Below are positions 58,801-64,000 of a stretch of 64,000 nucleotides of DNA, one piece after another. The position numbers and the translations under genes are program-made. Below the pieces are notes generated by a model, which made no database searches, had not been told where the DNA came from, and saw only the letters and a program-made list of their open reading frames with translations. Within the stretch, counting starts at the first letter, position 1. Each line of letters opens with the position of its first letter. The stretch comes from Trueperaceae bacterium (GTDB taxonomy: Bacteria > Deinococcota > Deinococci > Deinococcales > Trueperaceae), in the NCBI GenBank assembly GCA_965213705.1, contig OZ243913.1:3808001-3872000 (forward strand). Reading direction: 5' to 3'.

Positions 58801-59122
58801 TCATCTTGAACGCCTCGACCTTATGTGCTTGGCGCATCATGGCGAACAACAGCCCGCGCATGAGTTTGACGACGGCCTGCTCTAGTTCAAACCCCCGCCC
58901 GCCGTCGTCGTCGAGCTTGCGGTAGGCGAGCGCCAATCCCCAAACGGCCAAAATGCTGTACACGTTGTCGCGCACCCAGGCGTCGCGGTAGTCGCCGTGG
59001 GCGTTCACGGCCGTACTCGCGGGCAACAACCCCGTCACCGGGTGCTGGCGCGCCAGGATGACGTCGCTGACTTGCCGGTAGTAGGCGTCCAGTTTCGTGG
59101 TCAGTTGAGGGGTATCGTTCAC
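55865..59122 (-). CDS. GH15-related phosphorylase-kinase alpha/beta-like protein
   Basis: GLLPAST, AWVRDNVYS, WGHLQLDATS, DYGIWERG, RFLRDG, EWPLF, MTPGE..FAL, PEYRQ. Confidence 0.88.
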   Translation of the reverse strand: MNDTPQLTTKLDAYYRQVSDVILARQHPVTGLLPASTAVNAHGDYRDAWVRDNVYSILAVWGLALAYRKLDDDGGRGFELEQAVVKLMRGLLFAMMRQAHKVEAFKMTQDPLASLHAKYDTATGDTVIADHAWGHLQLDATSLYLLMLAQMTASGLTIIYALDEVNFVQNLVFYIGRAYRTPDYGIWERGDKTNHGQPELNASSVALAKAALEALSGFDLFGVRGSQASVIHVLPDEVARARVTLEAFLPRESSSKETDAALLSAISFPAFAVEDKALIERTRAAILSKLGGRYGLKRFLRDGHQTALETTERLHYEPQELQKFEHVESEWPLFFSYLVLDGIFFDRPEQVQEYRAKLEEVAVKRDGYALLPELYYVPAEAISAERAAPGSQARLPNANVPLVWAQSLYWLGELLNDKLISVYDVDPLGRHNRLDKTARPVVQIALLAEDVAVQEELAAQGVRAQTPEQIQPVELYSATELAEAYYQIGRNDKLGLTGRPVRRLLTLSSSRVFRLAGEWAVCPPAFFDQREFYLSLDPAFLVTRFKAELAYLHRTWSYVGRPTMTLVLSRTLLENGEGALYELMSELRGGTCAGVPVKLAPLNLLLQTANVERIDNLHDFAFSDAAAAAAQPAQRRLRFALEATRLLTPDEELALELGGGLGLFRHRLAVSQNLFEHVEVLTLCAKHFGLDFDLDLELGASGANPDAADAADDPPTSVSGRDTVRVLLEEVYEVTGELRLWAVVRRAAGLLNKVDVALSDSVTDILVRQKSLLIGKAYSERSLITKPLPQAALLEKIAEFCREDIRDRVLTQELIIYLGLLIRAEPELFRGLSSVRVGYLVLLLVSDLALELGVTQDEGYECLMQLPPAEVQERLREVLLKYGDKEQVLKHQELIQVERSGDELVYTLDAVPPAEPEGGWWRWRRREGILSRIPGGFYEGVWQLMTHCRGLIIGDKLERRNRLASHTLLAEMTPGEKKFALQVDHLLNKIPSPEYRQLNIETLTILARVLAQNAAFKIDDYLVLDVIIGHAVRLAYLNHHPEREPHYDADKAEAWAAFYELPPQATSGYLVTSFKYLLESRPDYA

Positions 59123-59214
59123 AAGCTCCTCTGTCCAGTGTGACTTACTTTTGCGAACAACGGCGTGGCATCGGTTACCTGTCGACCGACTCTTGAGCGA
59201 CGCTTCGAAAACAT

Positions 59215-59240
59215 GAAAAACCCCGCGGTGCGGCGGGGTC
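59215..59240 (-). terminator. Intrinsic terminator of the small ORF
   Basis: Minus strand ACCCCGC/GCGGGGT stem followed by TTTT. Confidence 0.75.
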
Positions 59241-59277
59241 GTTGCGCTATTTCCACAGCGTCAAACTCACTTTGGTT

Positions 59278-59388
59278 TTATTTGGCTGTTGTTCTCTCCG
59301 ACCAGCGGCGGAGCGTGTCACACTCGGCCTTGAGCGCCTTGGAGGCTCTGCGGTCGCGGGAGAAAAGATTTCTGATCCACGTCATCAT
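59278..59388 (-). CDS. Unannotated small protein MMTWIRNLFSRDRRASKALKAECDTLRRWSERTTAK (36 aa)
   Basis: Strong GAGGAGGT RBS, TATAAC -10 box, own terminator. Confidence 0.65.
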   Translation of the reverse strand: MMTWIRNLFSRDRRASKALKAECDTLRRWSERTTAK

Positions 59389-59415
59389 AACTGTGACCTC
59401 CTCACAGCAGCCCTA

Positions 59416-59457
59416 GTTATACCGCTTCGAGCGCAAAAATGTGTGACCCATGTGACG
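59416..59457 (-). promoter_or_regulatory. Class II CRP/FNR-type promoter
   Basis: TGTGA-CCCATG-TGACG at 59442-59457, centred ~41 nt upstream of the expected start site; -10 box at 59416-59421. Confidence 0.5.
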
Positions 59458-59795
59458 TTCTCGAGCTCGAAAATGTGCCTAAAAAGGACTCGGGAGACGA
59501 GAGCGAGCCGGCCGGGAAGGGGTTTCGGTCAGCGACGAAGCCCCCATCTTTTCCTGCCCATCTTTTCAGTAAAATACCGTCCGCGTCCGGTCCCGCATCA
59601 AGACCTCGAGCCGCCGCGCGCTGACCGTTTCGCCCTGCCGCCTCAAAGCTCGATGATTTGGACGGGTCGGCTCGAGCGCTAAGTTCAGGCGAGGTGTTGC
59701 CGCCCGGCTCGCCTTGGGCGGCCGAACTGCCGGCAGAGTGGTTGTCGACGAAGCGCGTGCGGACAGCTGCGTGAGCACAGCTTACGCGGCGCGGG

Positions 59796-60404
59796 TCAGC
59801 TCGGCAAGACGACGACCCGGCGGTCACGTCCCTCACCGGAAGACTCGCTTTTAACCGAAGGGTCGTCGGCAATCTCCATGTGGACGATGCGGCGCTCGGC
59901 GGCGCTCATGGGTCTTAGGGGCTGCGGTTTGCCGGTCGCACGCACCTCCTCGGCAGCTTTGCGAGCGAGGTCGCGCAGACGGTCGTCTTGGCGGCGTTTG
60001 TAACCGCCCACGTCGATGGTTACGCGCACACCGTCGCCCTCGTGGCGGTTCAGTACGGCGTTGGTCACGTACTCTAAGGCCTGCAAGGTGCGCCCGTTCC
60101 GCCCGATGATCTTGCCCGGGTCGCCGCCGAAAACGTCGGCGTAAATTTCCGCCTCGGCGGCGGAATCGTCACCGGCGGTAACTTCAACCGCGTAGGCGGG
60201 GTCGAAGTTCAGCAGCAGGTTGACCAAAAACGACTCGGCCCGCTCGGTGGGCGTGCCGTCGTCCGGTAAACCGGCGAGCGGCGCTGAAGTTTGCGGGAGA
60301 GTCGCCGGCTCGGCGGCGACGGGCGGCACTAAGGCCGCCTCGTCTTCGCCCATGTTGATGCCCAAGTCCTCTAAGTATTTGTCTAGGTCGTCAGCCATCG
60401 TCAT
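59796..60404 (-). CDS. jag: Jag/KhpB-like KH-R3H RNA-binding protein
   Basis: IIGRNGRTLQAL (KH), ERRIVH (R3H), SSGEG..RRVV. Confidence 0.9.
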   Translation of the reverse strand: MTMADDLDKYLEDLGINMGEDEAALVPPVAAEPATLPQTSAPLAGLPDDGTPTERAESFLVNLLLNFDPAYAVEVTAGDDSAAEAEIYADVFGGDPGKIIGRNGRTLQALEYVTNAVLNRHEGDGVRVTIDVGGYKRRQDDRLRDLARKAAEEVRATGKPQPLRPMSAAERRIVHMEIADDPSVKSESSGEGRDRRVVVLPS

Positions 60405-60455
60405 CCTCGTCTGTTAGTCCCGTTTGGTGCTCGCTGTCAGGTCGTTGGTGAGGCC

Positions 60456-62012
60456 TCAAGCCGCTTTCGCGGGCACGGCCGGTTTGTCGCGCTGGATAAG
60501 GTAGTACTGAAACACCTGTACGAGCATCGACACCACATAGTACAAAATAACACCCGCCGGAAAGCTGAGAAACAAAAACACGAACACGACGTTCATGACG
60601 AGTTGCTGCTTGAACTGCTGCGGGTTGCCCCGCGACATAAAGTAGGACTGCGCGACCATCACCCCGACGTAGAGCAGCGGCAAGATGTAGTAGGGGTCGG
60701 CCTGGCCCAGGTCGGGCAGCCACAAAAAGCCGGCGTTGAACTCGAAGTTGGCGAAAATGCGCCACAGGATGATAAAGAGCGGCATCTGAACAAGGATGGG
60801 CAGACAACCCATCGCCGGGTTCACGCCCTCCTCTTTGTAGATTTTCATGGTTTCTTGGGTGAGCTTTTCGCGGTCGTCTTTATACTTTTTCTGCAGCGCC
60901 TGAATTTTGGGCTGGATCGCCTGCATCCCGTACATCGACTTTGTTTGGGTGGTGATGAGCGGCCAGATGAGGGCGCGGAAGACGAGGGTCAGGACGATGA
61001 TGGCTAAACCCCAGTTGCCCACGACCGTGTAGATTTGCTGCAACACCCAAAGCACGCCGAGCGAGAGTTGGCCTAGGATGTTGGGTTTGAACAGGCCGGG
61101 TAAGTCCAAAAACCCCTCTTGCTCGTAACGCACGAGTTCGTTGGGGCCGCCGTACTCTTCCAGCACGAGCGTGGTCTCGGCACCTACCTCGGGCGCAAGC
61201 GGCTTCTGCATGGCGATGCCGCCGCCGGGCAAGGTTTGGGCGCTCAGTTCGGTGTCGGTCACGTCGCCGGGCACCAAGACGACGGCGTTGCCCGTGTTGC
61301 GGTTGTTGTTTTGCAAGGAAACGTACGACGGGTCGCCTACCGCTTGAGCTACGGGGTTGAGGGTGAACGAGTCGCCCTGACCCACCTTGGTGACTTGCGA
61401 GTCGCCCTGACCGATACCGGGCACCGCGTACTGGAGAAGCGTCGCGCCGTCCGCCTCGTCCAGGCGCGTCGCCTTGAGGGTAACGTTCGCGGTGTGGTCC
61501 GTGTTTCTGACGATGACCGTTTTATCGATTTGGACGCCGTTCAGCACGTAGCTGAACGTGCCTTCATAGTAGGGGCCGTCGTCGGTATTGACCTTGCGCC
61601 AGTCGCTCGTCGCGCCCTCCGGCCGGATATACTCGCCGTCCAGCAAAACCGCACCCGCCGGAAAAGGCGCGTCTGCCGGGACGAGGTTGCCGTTGCGTCC
61701 GCCGGTCAAGCTCGAGCGGTAGGTGCCCTCTTTGGTGACGAAGTTTTGGCCCTTTTGTTGCTTTGGGAAAAGCGCCACGATTTCGCCCGCCTCGTCGAAC
61801 ACGTAGTCCAGGCCCTTGTTCGTGATGAGGGTGAGGGGTTCGTCCAGGCGTTGACACCAGAACGACGCGGCCGCGGGCGCGTCGCAACTCGTTTGCAGAC
61901 TGTCAAAGCCCGCAAACTTGTCGGCGCTGAAGGGTACGGCTTCGAAGTCGACTCGAGCCCAAGCGACGCTCAAGAGCAACAAGACAGCGGTTGAAAAATA
62001 CTTGAGCCTCAA
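60456..62012 (-). CDS. yidC: Membrane protein insertase YidC
   Basis: NWGLAII.LT, NP.MGCLP.LVQMP, LPDL..ADPYY; TTG start after GGAGG. Confidence 0.92.
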   Translation of the reverse strand: MRLKYFSTAVLLLLSVAWARVDFEAVPFSADKFAGFDSLQTSCDAPAAASFWCQRLDEPLTLITNKGLDYVFDEAGEIVALFPKQQKGQNFVTKEGTYRSSLTGGRNGNLVPADAPFPAGAVLLDGEYIRPEGATSDWRKVNTDDGPYYEGTFSYVLNGVQIDKTVIVRNTDHTANVTLKATRLDEADGATLLQYAVPGIGQGDSQVTKVGQGDSFTLNPVAQAVGDPSYVSLQNNNRNTGNAVVLVPGDVTDTELSAQTLPGGGIAMQKPLAPEVGAETTLVLEEYGGPNELVRYEQEGFLDLPGLFKPNILGQLSLGVLWVLQQIYTVVGNWGLAIIVLTLVFRALIWPLITTQTKSMYGMQAIQPKIQALQKKYKDDREKLTQETMKIYKEEGVNPAMGCLPILVQMPLFIILWRIFANFEFNAGFLWLPDLGQADPYYILPLLYVGVMVAQSYFMSRGNPQQFKQQLVMNVVFVFLFLSFPAGVILYYVVSMLVQVFQYYLIQRDKPAVPAKAA

Positions 62013-62257
62013 GATTCCTCCGGGTGTTGGGGGGGCACCGGGTCGAAACCGCCCGGGTGGAAAGGATGACACTTCAGCAGTCGCCGCGTCGTCAGGTAGC
62101 CGCCCTTGAAGACACCGTACGTGCTTATCGCCTCTACCGCGTAGGCGCTGCAAGTCGGGTGGAAGCGGCAACTCGGGCTCGCTTTGAGAGGGGACAAAAA
62201 GCGCCGGTAAAAGTGGATGGGCGCGAGCGCGGTACGCTGAAGCAAAGAAACTTTCAT
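62009..62257 (-). CDS. yidD: Membrane protein insertion efficiency factor
   Basis: [24 protein letters not shown]. Confidence 0.93.
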   Translation of the reverse strand: MKVSLLQRTALAPIHFYRRFLSPLKASPSCRFHPTCSAYAVEAISTYGVFKGGYLTTRRLLKCHPFHPGGFDPVPPQHPEES

Positions 62258-62601
62258 ACCAGCAAACCGCTCTTACCCAGGGCGCGAGCCAAGGCGTCTT
62301 TGAGCTGCTGATAGCTCGCTTCGGCCGCCTCCGGGCGGGTGATAACGATAAGGTCGCAAGAAACTCGTCCCGCAAACGTGACGGGTGACTTTTTTTCGTT
62401 CAGCAGCGCTTTCAACGCCTCGCGCAAACGGCGGCGGACCCGGTTGCGGGTCACGGCGCTGCCGACCTTTTTGCTCACGACGATGCCGACGCGCACCTGC
62501 GCGTGGCGCGTCGGTAGGTAGCGAGTGCTGAGAAACTTGGCATGGCCGGAGCGTCCTTTGCGTAAGCGCTGAAAAGCGCGGTCGCCTTTGAGAGAAACCA
62601 G
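62254..62601 (-). CDS. rnpA: Ribonuclease P protein component (probable CTG start)
   Basis: [16 protein letters not shown]...[24 protein letters not shown]; no ATG/GTG/TTG upstream of the conserved N-terminal helix. Confidence 0.88.
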   Translation of the reverse strand: MVSLKGDRAFQRLRKGRSGHAKFLSTRYLPTRHAQVRVGIVVSKKVGSAVTRNRVRRRLREALKALLNEKKSPVTFAGRVSCDLIVITRPEAAEASYQQLKDALARALGKSGLLV

Positions 62602-62605
62602 CGTT

Positions 62606-62749
62606 TTACTCGTCGGAGACGGTAAGTTGCTTGCGGCCCTTGGCGCGGCGACGCTTTAGGACGTTGCGGCCGGCCGAGGTCTTCATGCGGGCGCGAAAAC
62701 CGTGCGTCTTGGCACGCTTGCGCTTGTTGGGTTGGTAGGTGCGTTTCAT
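62606..62749 (-). CDS. rpmH: 50S ribosomal protein L34
   Basis: [55 protein letters not shown]; absent from the ORF track. Confidence 0.97.
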   Translation of the reverse strand: MKRTYQPNKRKRAKTHGFRARMKTSAGRNVLKRRRAKGRKQLTVSDE

Positions 62750-62959
62750 TCCGAACTCCTTTTAGCTCTGCTTAGCTTTGTCTCGTTACCAAACCCGCTA
62801 TACCTTGCAAGGTCGAGCGGGGCCTGCGGGCTTACAGCGAAACAAACGGGTGCCGGTAAGCCGAAAAAGCATACCACATCCGCGCGAGCCTCGCCAAACT
62901 CGGAGCTACACGTCCAAAACCTGCGAGGCTCGGGGGTAAGCTCGAGCGCTCTTTAGCTT

Positions 62960-63574
62960 CTACAGCTCTTTTAAGAACAGGGCGACGTCTTGGGGCGTCA
63001 GGTGTTCGGCCCTCGACCGCTCGGCCAAAATCACGCTGCGAAACGTGTCCGCCGCCCGCGAGAGCAGGTCGTTTACGACCACGTAGTCGAATTCGGTGAC
63101 CGCCTTGATTTCCTCCCGCGCTCGAGCCAGACGTTTTTGGACTTTTTCTTCGGAGTCCGTGCCGCGGCCCCGCAGACGGCGCTCCAACTCGACCAAGGTC
63201 GGCGGGGCGATAAAAATCATCACGGCGTCTGTCAGGCGTTCTTTGACCTTGCGCGCGCCGACGAGTTCGACCTCCAAGAGTACGTCGCGGCCTTGCTCGA
63301 GCGCGTCCAGCACAGGCTGCGCCGGGGTGCCGTAGTAGTCGCCCACGTAGTCGGCGTGTTCCAGCAACCCCTCGCTCGCCAACAAACCTTCGAAGTGCGC
63401 GCGGTCGTAGAAAAAATACTGTTTGCCGTGCGTCTCGCCGGGCCGTTTGGCGCGGGTCGTCGCCGAGATGGAGAAAAACAAGTTGTCGACGTCGGCCAGG
63501 GCCGCCTGCCGCAAGGTGTCCTTGCCGACGCCGGACGCGCCGGTCATTACGAACAAAATCCCTTTTCGGTTCAT
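62960..63574 (-). CDS. gmk: Guanylate kinase
   Basis: GASGVGK, SATTR..RPGE..G..Y.F, YYGT, RGTD. Confidence 0.95.
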   Translation of the reverse strand: MNRKGILFVMTGASGVGKDTLRQAALADVDNLFFSISATTRAKRPGETHGKQYFFYDRAHFEGLLASEGLLEHADYVGDYYGTPAQPVLDALEQGRDVLLEVELVGARKVKERLTDAVMIFIAPPTLVELERRLRGRGTDSEEKVQKRLARAREEIKAVTEFDYVVVNDLLSRAADTFRSVILAERSRAEHLTPQDVALFLKEL

Positions 63575-63613
63575 AACACTCGGTTCATAGGTGCAAAGCC
63601 TGTTCGGTTCATA
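63566..63613 (-). repeat. Three exact copies of TATGAACCGA at and upstream of the gmk start
   Basis: TCGGTTCATA on the plus strand at 63566, 63580 and 63604. Confidence 0.7.
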
Positions 63614-64000
63614 CACCCACTCGACGCCGGTTGTGCGCTGCCTCGGTACTCAAAACACAGTCCTTTCGCGCGGCTGCACCGCACTAGGAAACCATAACGG
63701 TAAGGGTGAGGGTTTGGCAAGCCCAACGGCAAGCAATGCAAACCCTTCACAAAGCCGCCAAACTTAGGGCCGCCACGAAAACGACGCCAATCTCGCTGAA
63801 GGATTGTCAAGTCGGCGGCCGAAGTCAAAAACAGCAGCAACCCCGCTGTTGAAAAGTTCTGTACCAAAATCCTCGAGCCCGAAACGGATTTTACGGTAAG
63901 CGCCCGCCTCCGCCAACCGGAGGGACGCTCGGCGCGGACCATCACCTACTGCCGAACGTGCCGAAAGCGAAGCGTGCTAGACTTAAACCCCGTAAAGGAA

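Noticed and set aside
59417..59872. 151-aa ORF downstream of jag
   Set aside because: Overlaps jag out of frame, low-complexity composition, and runs over the small-ORF promoter
51349..62375. N-terminal extensions of gatA (to 53160) and yidC (to 62375) in the ORF track; likewise csp, folD and the ABC transporter
   Set aside because: Extensions overlap neighbouring genes or promoters; better starts lie downstream
62606..62780. Thermus-style rnpA overlapping all of rpmH
   Set aside because: The rnpA frame has stops within rpmH; the open -1 frame has no start and is not the RnpA frame
62750..64000. oriC/dnaA next to rpmH
   Set aside because: Upstream gene is gmk and no cluster of TTATCCACA boxes was seen

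Overview
Bacterial chromosomal window, most likely Deinococcota (Trueperaceae-like). This is inferred from the protein sequences, frequent leaderless TANNNT-N5-7-start genes and abundant CTCGAG. Left part: metallophosphoesterase, MscS, cold-shock protein, RraA, DUF2330, a PadR pair and folD. Centre (about 7.5-42 kb): a large surface-polysaccharide region with Ig-like lipoproteins, a PglK/HepA-type ABC flippase, a ParB/Srx-like protein, an rfbF-lhgO-epimerase-(GSDH/cytochrome c)-rfbC-SAF oxidoreductase module, many glycosyltransferases, a WecA-like enzyme and a Wzy-like protein. It ends in an AT-richer block with three paralogous secreted proteins sharing an unrecognised ~400-aa domain. Two of these are transcribed divergently, each behind its own c-di-GMP-II riboswitch, and one aptamer carries a ~69-nt inserted hairpin. 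This module is the best candidate for an undescribed system. Right part: chaA, an OsmC hydrolase, aspC, a rhomboid pseudogene, clpC-radA-PIN/TRAM, gatA, PP2C, ridA, TPP riboswitch-thiB, a GH15/phosphorylase-kinase-like gene, an unannotated 36-aa ORF with a CRP-type promoter, jag-yidC-yidD-rnpA (probable CTG start)-rpmH, and gmk. No rRNA, tRNA, CRISPR array or transposase was recognised. All calls were made by eye; no searches were run.
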